Shown here piece by piece: positions 1 through 14,194 of a stretch of DNA of 64,000 nucleotides (position 1 is its first letter; each line of letters opens with the position of its first letter). The notes under the pieces are model-generated. The model worked only from the letters and a program-made list of their open reading frames with translations, ran no database searches and was not told where the DNA came from. A program made the position numbers and the translations under genes. Origin of the DNA: the human T2T-CHM13v2.0 reference genome, Homo sapiens; assembly GCF_009914755.1 (NCBI RefSeq), contig NC_060925.1; one strand, written 5' to 3'.

Positions 1-235
1 AGCTAAACGTTTGGTACTAATGGACATACAGAAGGCAACAATAGACACTGGGGACTGGTAGACATTGCAGGTAGAAAAGGGGACAAAGGTTGAAAAACTG
101 TTGAGTCCTATGAGCAGTACCTCAGTGATGGGACCAATCATACCTCATATCTCAGCATCACACAATATATCCATGTAACAAACCTGCATATGTACCCCCA
201 AATCTAAAATGAAAATTGAAATTATATTTAAAAAG
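1..235 (+). mobile_element. L1 (L1PB/late L1PA-type) 3' end
   Basis: atagacactgggga...catgtaacaaacctgcatatgtacccc...aatctaaaat resembles the L1 3'UTR terminus. Confidence 0.8.
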
Positions 236-929
236 GAATATACTAAAATAAAAGAACTTTTAAGAAAAGCTCTCAAAAGAGCTGAGATTCAGAAATTCAG
301 AGAGCAGGACAGTTCTATTGTATTATTGCACTGAAGACACTTATTTCCACCATCTCTCGTGACATTTTCTGGCATCTGTGCTAAATGTAGGGGAATTATC
401 CCTTCTGTGATTACTCTATAGAGTTTTATCACTAGTTCCCTGTTCAATAACCTTCTCCAAACTAAGCCCCCTAAATTAGATTCTTAAAATTCAGAAAAGT
501 GCACGGAATGCACACCTAAAACACAGAACCTACCACTCTAGAAAAAAAATATTTCGTAAACATTTATTTAGGAATGTGAAAAGGCATGGATATTCACAAA
601 ACTAATGCTAGAGATTCTCATCCAAAGAACCGAGATAACTGATCATCTTTAGATAATGGTGTTCAATCTGGGAAAACATGACAACTTGTTTTTGGCTAAA
701 AGATGTCCTTTTGTCACAGTGAGGGTTTGAACAGGTATGAATTGGCTCCTGCTCACCTTTCTAGCATTACCTATAACCACTTCCAAACTACCTGCTGAGA
801 ACTACATCGGATGACTTGGTGCTTCTTTGTCATCACATCTGCTGCTCCTTAGCAGGTAAGGCCCTTCCTCTTTCTCCTCCATTGAGCTGACCCAGACTCC
901 AACCTGACACCAGTGCCTCTCCTCTGGTC

Positions 930-2000
930 CTTAACCTGGCCCTTGCAGGACACTGTCATAACATTCATTTCATGCGATACTCATTTCACATGAGCTCCTT
1001 CCATACCTGTCTTCTCTGTGAGGCTCCCAGCATCTTAAGGTGGGGGCTTCACTTCTGTATTCTTGGTACCTACACTAGTGCATGACATGTAATCAGTGCT
1101 AAATAAATGTCTCCTGAATAACTAAGAGACTGTATGTACTAGCTACTTGCATATTCACCTGAATGCCTCCACCACCAGACCAAAAAGTCCTTCCAGGCTT
1201 CCCTGTTTTAGTAAACACACCTCTGCCCATGCAGACACTCGATCTAGAAACTTGGGGGGCACACAGAGCCTCCCCTCTTACTCACCCCTAACAGCTAGCC
1301 CTTCTGATTCCACCTCCCAGTCTCTGGGCACTTCCCTGTCTCTGCCATCATCTGCTTGGGTGTCCACAATGCAGTCCTAAATGGTTTCCCTGCTTCTACT
1401 TTTGTCTTCCCCCAGTATATTCTCCACACAGCCACCAGACCAATCTCTTAAAGTGTAGAGAGGGTCAACCATTCCCTCCTCCAGAGTCCCTACATGGTTC
1501 CCCATAACATAGAGAATAACATATAGTCCCTGACACTGGCGGGGAGATCTCACATTACTGGGCTTCCAGCTGCCTCATGTCAAGTTGCCGCAAGCGCTGG
1601 TCAGCCCTAGTCACTTGAGTCCTCCCAGATGCCAGGAGTGCTCTGAGATGCCGCCTGACTCATGCACTTAGCAGGTATCAGTCCCTGCACTGGGGACATT
1701 CTTCCTCCTGCTCTCCTCTCCAGGCCCTCCTCGACCATCCCATTGAATGTGGCACCTCCTCACCCTCATCCTCTGCAGTGACTTTGGGTTCCAGAACCCT
1801 ATTTACTTCTTTCATAGCACCTGCTCCAAGCTATAATAAGTTTGTCTGTTTACTTGTTTACTTTAGGTGTCTCTCACTGGGGGTAAGCTTCATGGTGATA
1901 AGACTCTTTTATGTCACGTGTCCATTGCATCTCCAGTATTGAAACACTGCCTGATACAGAGGAGATGTTCAGAAAACATGCAATGAGTAAAGGAATAAAC
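930..2000 (+). mobile_element. L2 fragments
   Basis: L2-like text (attctccacacagccaccaga, 3' end acactgcctgatacagaggagatgttcag...); approximate bounds. Confidence 0.6.
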
Positions 2001-2119
2001 AACATAGGAGAAGGCAACAGGTACATCACTTATGCCACTTTCTGCATCCCGCATAACTCCAGCTCCTCATTTGCGGGAAAACTGGAGTTATACTTTCAAG
2101 ATTCAGGCAGACTCAATAA

Positions 2120-2300
2120 CCATAAAGCAATGAGGATTCATGAAGTGCCTTCTACATGATCTCATTTAAACCACACAGCAACATTATAAGGCAGCCATTC
2201 TCATTATTATTATTTTGCAGATAGGAAAGAAAAGCTCTAAGACCTTAAATGATTTGCACGCAACAGATCCCAACACCTGTGACCCACAGAACAAGGTCGG
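2120..2300 (-). mobile_element. MIR fragment
   Basis: atctcatttaaaccacacagcaac...attttgcagataggaaa, a degenerate MIR core. Confidence 0.55.
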
Positions 2301-2520
2301 GCTGACTCCATTTGGAACCCCAAATGATGTTCCCCACAACCTCCTGTGGCTTCTGAGTTTTTCCCAGAAGGATTAAAATCAATATCCTGATTTGCTAATA
2401 AAACCAATGTCCTGGTTTGCTAATCCACAAGTTTACATGCCATTCTATGTTTTATGTTTTTATTCCTTCAGATGACTGTAGTTTATTTATATCAAGGTAG
2501 TGGTGGCAAGCTCACTTTCA

Positions 2521-2883
<363 letters not shown>

Positions 2884-3224
2884 CTACTCCTTGCTGTGTA
2901 TCCAGACCTAGGAAACAGTGAGTTGTCATCTGATTAAGGGTAAAATCAGACTCTTTATATACATAAAAGAGGAAAGATGTGTTCTTCCCACATTTTAGTG
3001 GATTATATGAGACCCTCCAATTTTTTCCCTCAATATTCTCTCTGTGTAATTTATAGGCCATAAGCAGCATCGATTTATATATATGTGCTATAATATATAA
3101 TACAAACAATCATTGCTAGTATTATTTGTTAAATACAAATAAATATTTGACATATTATATAACATATAAGTTATTATACTATATATAAATGGATACCATT
3201 TGTTCTTAAACTATATATAAATTA

Positions 3225-3705
3225 AAAATTCAGGTTTATTGAAGAATAATTTGTGTAGGGTAAAATTCATCCATTTTAGTGTACTATTCTATGAGTCTTG
3301 AAAAATGCACATAGTCATATAACCAGCGCTTAGAATAATGCATTCATCTGTTGTATATATGAGTGTGTTCTGTTTCACCTTTGAGTAGTATCCCTCTGTA
3401 TGCATGTGCTACAGTTTGTTTATCCATTCAGCTGCTGAAGGACACTTGGGTTGTTTCCAGTTTTGGTGATTATGGGTAAAACCACTACCAAGAGTCATGA
3501 ACAGGAGTTTGTGTGAATATGACTCTCCCCATTTCTCTTGAGTAAATGCTTAGGAGCAGGACTGCTGTTCTCCAAAGTGGCTGTACCCTATTTGCATTTC
3601 CCCAGCAGTGATTGAGAGCTCTAATTCTGCATCCTTGCCAGGACTTGGAATTGTCCACTGTTGCTTGTTTGTTTAACTTTGGCCATTTTAATTGGGTGGA
3701 TAATG
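3225..3705 (-). mobile_element. L1MB-type 3' fragment
   Basis: gtttgtttatccattcagctgctgaaggacacttgggttgtttccagttttgg, typical of antisense L1M 3' region. Confidence 0.7.
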
Positions 3706-5597
3706 ACATCCAAGGAAGGGTGAAGGAGGAAGCAGCAAAGAAGATGGAATGATGGAATACCTTGCTTCCCGGTGGACAGCCAGGGGTGCGTGTTGAGTGG
3801 GGGTGAAATTAGGAGTGCGTAGTGCATTTCCTATATCCTCCCTGCTGAGCCCTGACTCTTTTCCCTCCTTTCATGGGATCTCTCAAGATGAGGGATATAA
3901 GATTTTTTAAAGAGAAGATTGGATAACATGGGAAGTCTTCCTGGTCTGTGGTCCTGTGGGTGGAGTAAGCATTGGGAGAAGCCTAGGCAAAATGTTCACG
4001 TTCATGACTTTTATTCTAGGAGTAGCTTTTCTTTGGGAGAGGAAATTATGGCTCTGGAAAGCCATAGGCATAGTTGTCCTAAACAGGAAACGCCTAAAGC
4101 AAAACTCAATGCTCCCTCCTGGATCGTCTATTTGAGTGGAGACAGACATTCGGGGAGGACAGGGATGAAGACTGCAGATCTGACCGAAGCATCCCTGCTT
4201 TGTATCCATGGGAACTGGGGCAAAATCAGGGTGCGGAAGGCAGGGAGTGGTACAAGAAGGTGAAGATGCCCCAAGTGCGCTTACATAAGGAAGATCACCA
4301 ATCCACCTCTAAGAAATCTACAGAATAACACTATCAAATTATGAGTATCTTTGCTGGCCACTCATGACAGTTGAAAGCTGAATCAAAACTAGAGCATTTA
4401 TAACTTAATTATGATTAATGGAAAGAAACTGTTCTGTGGGCTGACTCATGCCATGTAGTCTAATAATGTATCAGTATGCTTAATCTTCTATGCAGATGAA
4501 GCCTCCTTGACCTGCACTGTATTCATTTTCTCTAATGAAGCAGCACGCATCCTGAGACACTAATTAAAGACACCTTTCAGTCTCTGGCACTTTGAAAGGA
4601 AAGGCCTGAATGAGAGAATTAGCCTTTGCTTAATTGTTGAAACTGTTCAATATTTAAATAAAACAAAACAATTGAAATCACTAAAAGTAGAGATTCAACT
4701 CAGGGCATCTTTTTAGAACACATTGACCACACATTTGCATAATTAGATTAAAATGAGACAGCAACTATGATTAACTAACAGCACAATGTGCTTGGGAAAC
4801 TGTCCCTCTGCCTTGTATCAATAGCCTTGTAACATCACAGTCCCACAGCTGCACCTCAGAGATATCAGTACCTCTCCTCCCTCATTGTACTGACATAAAG
4901 TTCAACAAAAAATAAGCTTCTCTCTCCAGGTATCTCAAATTTCGAATTTTGATTTCGAATTAATCATGTAGATGCAATTCAAATATAGATAATGAGCACG
5001 ATACAATTGTTCCTAGACAGATTTTGGGTCACAAAGAAGGGAGTGAGGAGGACAAAAATAGAGAACAGTTAAAATTTGCATTCTAATATGAGGAAAGAAG
5101 AAATAGAATGGTTAAAAAAGGAGATTGATTATGGAAAGAAAAAAGTAAAATAATTTTCTAGCAGGTACATCCTTTCATAGCTTAATGTTGACCAAAGTTT
5201 CTGAAACCTTCTAGATCCTGGATCATGGAATGCTTTACCTTTAAGGATATTATCATGCTGATGTTTTTCCAAAGAATTTTTTTTTCCTAAAAGACGAATC
5301 TCAAGGTTTATAGTCTGTGTTTGAGGTTTACTGCACACGAACTAAAATGTCTTGATTAACAGGGGTATGCAATACTGAGCAAGGTCCTAATCAATTCTAA
5401 ATAGCGGAGCAATGCATTGTCAAACCAAATCAGGTTGCTTGATCACTCTACCTGCACAGTTTTATTCCACATTCAGCAGATTAACTAAGATGTGCATTGT
5501 CTCCACAATGAGTACAGAGTGAGTATTTAATTCTTCCTTTTGAGAATCCATCCATACAACAATAAATAGTTGAAAAAGAGAGAAGAGATCTTCTTAC

Positions 5598-5656
5598 CTG
5601 GATCTCTTTCAATTTGGACTGCCAGTCTTGTGTTGGAATTATCCACTCGCCTTGTA
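5598..5656 (-). CDS. PCNX2: PCNX2 internal coding exon (59 nt, phase 2 to 1): (N)TRRVDNSNTRLAVQIERDP(G)
   Basis: Acceptor ttttacccttttgtggcctcttctag|TACA; donor CCAG|gtaaga. Matches the pecanex motif 'NTxRVDxSNTRLAxQ', and phases join both flanking exons. Confidence 0.93.
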
Positions 5657-5953
5657 CTAGAAGAGGCCACAAAAGGGTAAAAGGTCATGATTAGATCCCC
5701 CCAAGCAGAAGAGTTGGTTTATAGAACCAGCTGCATGAGTGGAAAATGCAAAGGTGACAGATCTCACAGGTTAAGACGATTGCTGTAGTTTTACCACACT
5801 GCAGGAAGAGAGGAGTCTCATGATAAGAGATAGAGGGAGCAGTACAAGAAACACATGGAAGGGAGAGATGAGTAGCTCTCTGATTTGGAGAGAACGGTCT
5901 TGTGTCTTAATCAATTTGGAGCACCAGATCTGCAAAATCAAAGCAAGTATTTA

Positions 5954-6232
5954 GGCTGAGCACGGTGGCTCATGCCTGTAATCCCAACACTTAGGGAGGC
6001 TGAGGCAGGCAGATCATTTGAAGTCAGGAGCTTGGTACCAGTCTGGCAAACAGTGTGAAACTCCATCTCTACTAAAAATACAAAAAGATTAGCCATGTGT
6101 GGTGGCACACTCCTATAATCTCAGCTACTTGGGAGGCTGAACTTGAATCCAGGAGGCCGAGGTCGCAGTGAGCCGAGATTGCACCACTGCACTCCAACCT
6201 GGGTGACAGAGCAAGACTCAAAAAAAAAAAAA
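5954..6232 (+). mobile_element. Alu (S/J-type) with a small internal deletion
   Basis: Full Alu body and A tail; TSD aaagcaagt(a/g)ttta; lacks ggcaggagaatc in the right arm. Confidence 0.95.
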
Positions 6233-6395
6233 GCAAGTGTTTAAACTGCCAATGTAATGCTACCCACTTTCAGAACTTGAGAACAGTGTCCACAAAGGTA
6301 TCTTTCTCTTCAAATTGATTTCAGGAAATGGTGGTGAGTAGTCAACGTCTCCACCACCTGCTTTCAAGAGTGGGGTATACTCTTATAGACCTTTC

Positions 6396-6879
6396 TTAGG
6401 TTGAACCATGAGAATGAAAGCTCTCGGATCATCTGCAGCCATGGTAACAAGTGGCCACTAGAACCAGCTTTGAACCTATTCCATCATGTAAACACCCCTC
6501 AGTGCACAGCTTTTGTAAGGCAGCCAGTCCATGACAACCCCTGGCTTCTGAGAGTTAGCCGACTCACTGCAGACTTGAGGGGCAACTGATGAATAACAGG
6601 CTTTTCAAGTAACCACCTATACAGATGCCATCAACCCATGTATGCCTCCAAAACCTCACCAGTCCTTGAACTCCACACATCCCCAAAACCCTTTGTAAGT
6701 GCAGCGATCTGCTCTCTTGGAGAGGCTATGCCAGCCTACCTTTGTCCTTTTATTTCCAACAATGAGTGGCGGTCTTTAAAGAATGAAATATGAAATTGAC
6801 ATCAGGCCTATGAAATTGACGATAGTCAACTGTTTATTATCACCTACAAAATGGCAATTTCATATGGTTAAATCTGATA
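6396..6879. mobile_element. MADE2 mariner MITE apparently split by an LTR-like insertion (~6409-6790)
   Basis: ttaggttgaacca at ~6396-6408 and tatgaaattg...atggcaatttcatatggttaaatctgata at 6809-6879 match the two parts of the recalled MADE2 consensus. Confidence 0.5.
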
Positions 6880-6940
6880 TATTCGCCATTAAGAAAGGGC
6901 TTCCACAAATATATCAGCATCACACATAGGGTTTACTTAA

Positions 6941-7329
<389 letters not shown>

Positions 7330-7339
7330 AGCTCCTGCC

Positions 7340-8055
7340 TTTTCTATCACTCCACCCTTTGCTTTCTTTGCTCCAAGCCTGTTGGTTTTCCTTTTCCACC
7401 CCTTCAGCATGCCCAGACCTCTTAGTCCTGTCATTCCTTCCTCTCCAGTATCCTTTGCAAATGTTCCCTCTACTTAGGGATCCCTTTCCATTCCCACTCA
7501 TTTTTCCTCATTGACTCCTCTCATCCTTCAAGTCTCAGCTCAAGTATCACCTTCTCAGGGAAGCTGCCTTGACTCCTGTGCTGCTTGAGATTCCTTTGTC
7601 ATGTTCTCTTTCACATGTTGTACCTGTACCTCTCTTTTGGAGCACCTGTCAAGGCTAACATCAATCATAACAATGGCAGCTAACATTTATGTAGCACTTG
7701 CTTGTGTCATGTGCCTGTTCTAAGTACTTTATATGTATTGGCTTATTATTGCCTCAAAACTACCCTCTGAGGTAGGTACTCATTATACCCATTCTCACGG
7801 CGGATGAGGCAGAGGCACAGAGAAATTAAATAGAGTGCTCAAGGTCACAGATCTAACAGGTGGCACAGCCAGAATATGACCTAGGGAGGCTGGCTTAGGA
7901 GCCTTTACTTTACACCACATCATACATCTCTTTGTGTAATTATCTGATGATATCTGACTCTTACATCAGTCCCTAAGTACCATGAGAGTAAGTTTGTTGC
8001 TCACAACTGGCACATAGTAGTCACTCAATAAATATTTGCAGAATAAATTATTGAA
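7340..8055 (+). mobile_element. L2 3' fragment interrupted by a MIR
   Basis: ccttcaagtctcagctcaagtatcaccttctcaggg; L2 tail ggcacatagtagtcactcaataaatatttg. Confidence 0.7.
7665..7920 (-). mobile_element. MIR (near full length)
   Basis: gctaacatttatgtagcacttg...gaggtaggtact...gaggcacagagaaattaaa...caaggtcacag. Confidence 0.85.
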
Positions 8056-9985
8056 TGGTCAAAGATAAGGCTACTTCTGAAGTTCTTGTCCTTATAATAT
8101 TTGCTAAGAAGAAACAAGACTAGCTGCCAGTCAATGCTGCATATGTGGCTTATGTTTAAACATGATCATTGACATATTCTGTATAATTTAATAAATGAAA
8201 AGCACTTGTCAGAAATGGTGCTTAAGAAGAAACCTAAGAATGCAGCCTTCTTTTGTGAACTTGTCTTTTGGGAATAAAAACAGATAAAAAGATATTTGGT
8301 TGGAACTATAATTTGAATAAATGAAAAGGCTTGTCTTCAGAAAAAAAAAGTATTCTTTCTTTTCATGTATGTCTTAGACATTTGGGAACCATCTAGGCAA
8401 GATCCTGTTGAGTTCTGTGATGCTACGGATGGATTGGAGAGAAGAAATACTGTGTTACATTTCAGAAAGGCTGTGAACCCAAGTATGCTGTTCTATTACA
8501 GCTTTAGTTTTCCTTACAAATACTCTCATAGCAGCTTTGAAAAATGAAAGATCTCAGGGTAGCAGAAAATACAGCAAACAACAAAATTCTTTTTAATGAA
8601 GGCTGAAGTCCCACGTCTGCATAGTTAGTCCCTAAATGGAATTTTAATTTCACCTTAAGACCTACCACAAATGGAATTTTCAAGCAGCAGAATAAACAAC
8701 TTTTAAAGGAGGATTAAGACAAAAGAAAATCATTTACTAAACTCCTTAGGGAACTAAAACACCTTCTAAAACTATGTTCACTGGAAAGCTATCTTTTCAG
8801 AAGCCTATAGAACACAGTCTAAATTCTGATGAGCAATAACTAAGTTAAGCTGCCTGTGTACCCCCAGGACCTCTGGCTCTCCACACATTCTCTAAGAGGG
8901 TGGACTGTCAGCCACACTGGGTAATTTGAGTTTTCTCCAGTGCTTTCCTCCTGTAAATTTGGTGCTTACCCCTCAAAGGTGCTAATTAGCTCAGTAATTG
9001 GATTTCTGCCTTAACTGTCCAATCAAATGAACATCAGCTCTGTAGCTCAAAGAGGAAACAGGGCTTATAGCTCACTCCCCAATCTCAGTGGGAACATGCA
9101 ATCCTGGTACACATTAGGCATGCGTCTGCATGCATGGTCTTCCTAGCACTTGCCTGACAAAGTCACTGTGCATTGCTGGCTAATGCTGTCCTGAGCACTA
9201 CAGAACAAGAGTCGTATAACAGGACTCTCCAGAGAAGCGGACTTACTGAGAAGCACCCCTCTTTTATGTTAATACAAAATGCAGAGAGCAGAGCTGGCTT
9301 CTTCCCTTCAAACTTGGCCTTTCCACCCCCTGGCCAGTCTCTCTAAGTCAAGCACCTTCTCTCTCAGTTTCATCTGAACAACTTAAATAATTTAAAAGTA
9401 ATTTTCTATATTGATAATGCTTCAAATTCCCCTTTGTCAGTACACACAGTCTATGGTAAAAGTTGTCTTATTTTTTGGTGAGGAAATACTGCTGGCCGGA
9501 GTGAGAAGTTTGGTGGGGGTCTGTTCATATAGCAAATCCAAGACAGAGTTAAAAATAGACTGTAATTCTATTCATAGGCAGACCAACCTTAAAGAAATCT
9601 GGACAATGAAAAGGCAGCCAGAGTTTAAATACAGGGGTACTGTCTCCTTTAAAATTGATTATATGCACAAGGTACAGCTAGGTTTGTTTTTCTGCCCTTA
9701 ATTGCTGCTGCTACTAACAATCGTATTAGCTCTTGCAAAGTCAATGGCACTCTGCTGTCACCACGCAGCTCAGAATGATTTGGCACGAGACATTTCCTGA
9801 GGACATACTGCTGTACACCCATCAGGGTGAGCACTGCCTCGGATCAGCGCCTTCAGGTGACCTCCAGCCTTACTGGGCCTGGGTTTTGACTTTTCATACA
9901 TTTGCCCTCCAAGACCACAAACAGCTCAGTTTGGCTGTTTCTTTTTTCAGGTTTGGCAGATGGTCTTGAATAAAAATGGTTATGA

Positions 9986-10491
<506 letters not shown>

Positions 10492-11159
10492 TAGCATGTC
10501 ATTACTAGAAATTGAACTACTATTGTAGTTTGTAAGAACTATGAAAGTGAGCTCCTTTTTAATTGCCTAATATATAATCAGTGTTTCTTCATATCCCATG
10601 GGCACCTGAAAAGGTTTTTTTCATTTTCTATATGTATATGTGTTTGTGCATGTGTGTATATATTCTGTAGTATATATTGAAGTTACATTATGTTATTTAT
10701 TTCTTCTATATGCTTATCTAATTTTTGATCACTTGATGGGTCATGAACTAAGAAAAGTGAGTCACATTTTCTACCACTACTGTGTTTCTATTTTTTAAAT
10801 AAAATTTCTTTTTTTCCATATAAGTTTTGCTACGTGACTTAATGCATTGATATTCATAGCTTATATTTTCATTGTGAATTTTAGTCTTTGGCATTATAAA
10901 ATGTTTTTAATCCTAATGGCTTTTGCCCCAAATACATCTGTGTTCAATATTAAGCCACAACAGTAGCTTTAATTTGTTTGCACTTGCCTAATGCTTTCAC
11001 TTATTCTTTGATTTTCAGCTGTTCCAAGTCACCATATTTAAGGTATGTCTTTTCGCTGGGTGTCCAGGCAGATGTATTTGGTCATATTCCATCTTCATAG
11101 TTTATGTTATTATGCTAATTGTATTGTTTCTTTGATTTTTAAACACATTACACTATAGT

Positions 11160-11690
11160 CTGATTATAAAATTATAAAGACAATTCTACAGAATCAGAAA
11201 TAATAAGGCAATACTATGAACAACTTTGTGCCAATAAATTTGAAAACATAAATGAAATAGGTAATCCCCTACAAAGCTGTAACATACTAAAAGTAACTCC
11301 AGAATAAAAACAAAAGAAGAGGCCGGGCACGGTGGCTCATGCCTGTAATCCCAGCAATTTGGGAGGCTGAGGTGGGTGGATCATTTGAGGTCAGGAGTTT
11401 CAAGACCAGCCTGGCCAACACAGTGAAACCCTGTCTCTACTAAAAATATGAAAATTAGCAGGGTGTGGTGGCACACCCTTGTAATCCCAGCTACTCGGAA
11501 GGTGGAGGCAGGAGAATCTCTTGAACCTGGGAGGCGAGGCTGCAGTGAGCCAAGATTGTACCACTGTACTCCAGCCTGGGAGACAGAGCAAGACTCTGTC
11601 TTCAACAACAACAACAACGAAGAAGAATAGCCCTGTAATTATTGAACAAATAGAATGAGTAGTTAAATAAATACCAAACATACAAAAATA
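11160..11690 (+). mobile_element. Old L1 ORF2 fragment interrupted by an Alu
   Basis: aatactatgaacaactttgtgccaataaatttgaaaac (YYEQLxANKFEN motif of ORF2). Confidence 0.65.
11321..11620 (+). mobile_element. AluS with (AAC)n tail
   Basis: ggccgggcacggtggctc...; tail caacaacaacaacaac; TSD aagaaga. Confidence 0.95.
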
Positions 11691-11839
11691 TACACATTTG
11701 ATGAGAATGATTGTTTTAAAAAAGGGAAAAAAGGTAAAGGAGAAAGAGAGGCAGGGAGAGAGAATGAGAGTGGGGGAGAGAAAAGAGAGCTAATAAAAGT
11801 TAACCATACTGAAAAATAGGAGTACAACTACATATTACT

Positions 11840-13190
11840 CCATTGTTGCTGTATAGAATTCTTCTATTGGTCATACATACTGTTATTAATTAGTATCCAT
11901 TCTTTCTGTTGCTTCTGAATACTTTAAAGATCTTTTTTGATATTAGTGCTGTGAAACCTCACTATTTTGTGTAGAAATGTGAATTTATTTTAGTTTATTA
12001 TGGTCATGACTTAGATTCCTGAAATTGAGGATTCATGTCTTTCATCAATTTTGAAAATTTTCTATTATTTTCTCTTAAAACTGTGCTTCTCCCTATTTGT
12101 TTTATGCCTTCTTCCAGGAACTTCTAGACTTCTAGTTGACATCTTTCATTTTGTCCTCTAAGTCTCTTAACCTCCCTGGAATATTTCCCATTTCTTTATC
12201 TTTCTCTGCTGCATTCTGGCCAGTTTTCTTAGATTGACTGCTTTCTAGTTTAGCTGTGTTTAATTTACTATTTAACTTGTCTATTACAGTATACATTTTA
12301 ATGACTATATGCATTTATTTTTATAAGCCATTTGTTCCAATTTGTCTTTTTTTTCATAACATCTTGGCCTTTTAGTTTTATTTCTTCTTATACAACTTTT
12401 TATTCTAAATATATATATGATTATTTCTTTACTTATCTTTAGTTTTGGAGAGTCGAAATCTGCTATTTATTTTATTTCCTGGTTCTTGTTCACAGTGAAT
12501 ATTTTTCTTTTGTATTGCGTAGTACTGGATTGAGAGCTCCTTTCCAGTCAGTTTTTATTGTGGAATTAGTTGAAGATATGTCATGTCCTTTAAGAATAAT
12601 TTTACACTGGCTTCATCAGCAACTCTAGGGGTTTTACACACCAGTACCATTTTTGTGTTAACTTCTCAATGTGACAATTTCCAAATATGGGTAGTATCGT
12701 TTTGAACTCCAAGCCCGCATGTGACAAAAGATTAGTATTGTCCATTCACAATGGAGACTTGTCCCCACTCTTCCCTCTCTCTGACCAGTTGAGATTTCTT
12801 GTTCCTTCTCTGTGTTGGGTGTTTCACTTCTTCACTGATGGGGAAGACCTTCAGGGCTACAGCTTTATGTGGAAGTCTTAGTTGAAACTTTCTGCTTCTG
12901 TAGGACTAACGCTTCATCACCTAGCCTGGCATAGATTTTAAAATGTCAGTCCCTATGTTACTGAGACTCACAGCCCCGACCCACCACCCACCCCATTCTT
13001 CCCAGGCAGTGATAGTGGGTTTTGCTGTTTTCTGCTCCCTCTTTCTTTCTAGCCCTTGGGAATTTTCCAACTTTATTATTATGCTCAAACATGTATCTAG
13101 GAGGAATTTTACCATCTATCATTTTTTGATACTTTTAGCAGGTATAAAAGTTTTGAGATTATCTAGTCTGCTACATCTCTGGAACTGAAA
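11840..13190 (-). mobile_element. Ancient L1ME/HAL1-like ORF1 and 5' region
   Basis: ORF 12132-12314 (IDKLNSKLNTAK...DKEMGNI...LRDLEDKMK) resembles the coiled coil of old L1 ORF1p. Confidence 0.55.
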
Positions 13191-14194
13191 ACTTCTAAAC
13201 CAGATTTTCATAAAGAAAAGATAATACAAGTTAGCCATACTGAAAAAATAGGAGTACAACCACATATTACTCCACTGTTGCTGTGTAGAAGTCTTCTACT
13301 GATCTTTGTGAATTTTAGTCTTAGTTATACAACTTTTCAAAGTAATTAATTATTAAGTTAAAAAACTAAAATTTTTTTTTCATTTTATGTTTATAAAGCT
13401 TGCTGAGTTTTATACCACTCTCTCCACAAGGATCTTATCATGACAGGGTCTGAATCAACATTTTTTCTCTCTGTTTACATTCCCTCAGTGCTTTTCTGGT
13501 TTCTTCTATTATCCTATAGATAAACTGTAAAATACACTCGGCAACCACACTGTGTTCAGCCTACCTCAAGGTGAAGTTTCTAAGATTCTGTGTAAACATA
13601 CATGTGTGCTCACAGGCAGCCATATGGACATAATGAGGCAATTCTCTTACCTCCTAATGTTATTGTAAAAGTCTATTTCCTGAAAGTCTATTTGAGGCCT
13701 GCAATGAAAGAATACCCTATACAGAATACTGGTATCCAACATATTATGTTTTCATCATACCATATGAAACTGCAGTAGAGAAAGCTAAGCACGAATAAGA
13801 ACAATGAATACATGCAGATTGGTTGTATTCTTCCGGAAATATGGAGTTGGTGTATTTTTCCTTATTCCTCTACTTGGTACAACGAAAACCCTGGATTTTA
13901 CATGTTATAAAAACACCTTCTGAAAGGTAAAAGGAAAAAGTAGAGCATCTGGGCATCATGGGATCCAAGGAAAAACACTGTGGTGAGTTTCTCTGTTTTT
14001 ATTTTTGCCTCACGTAGCCCAGAAACACCTACAGAAGCAAAAGAAAAAAAAAAAGCATCAACAAACCCCTGATCTGTCTAGCCTGAAAGTCAGGAAAGGC
14101 GCAGGCTAAAAAGACAGAAAATTGTAGGTCATAACCTCTCTGTAACAGCCAAATACCACAGATAAAACCATAGCCCTATGCCTATCTGTATCAG

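Noticed and set aside
9930-9975. Plus-strand acceptor (tttcttttttcag) followed by AATAAA, suggesting an antisense terminal exon
   Set aside because: No supporting upstream exon or promoter is visible; such motifs are frequent in AT-rich introns.
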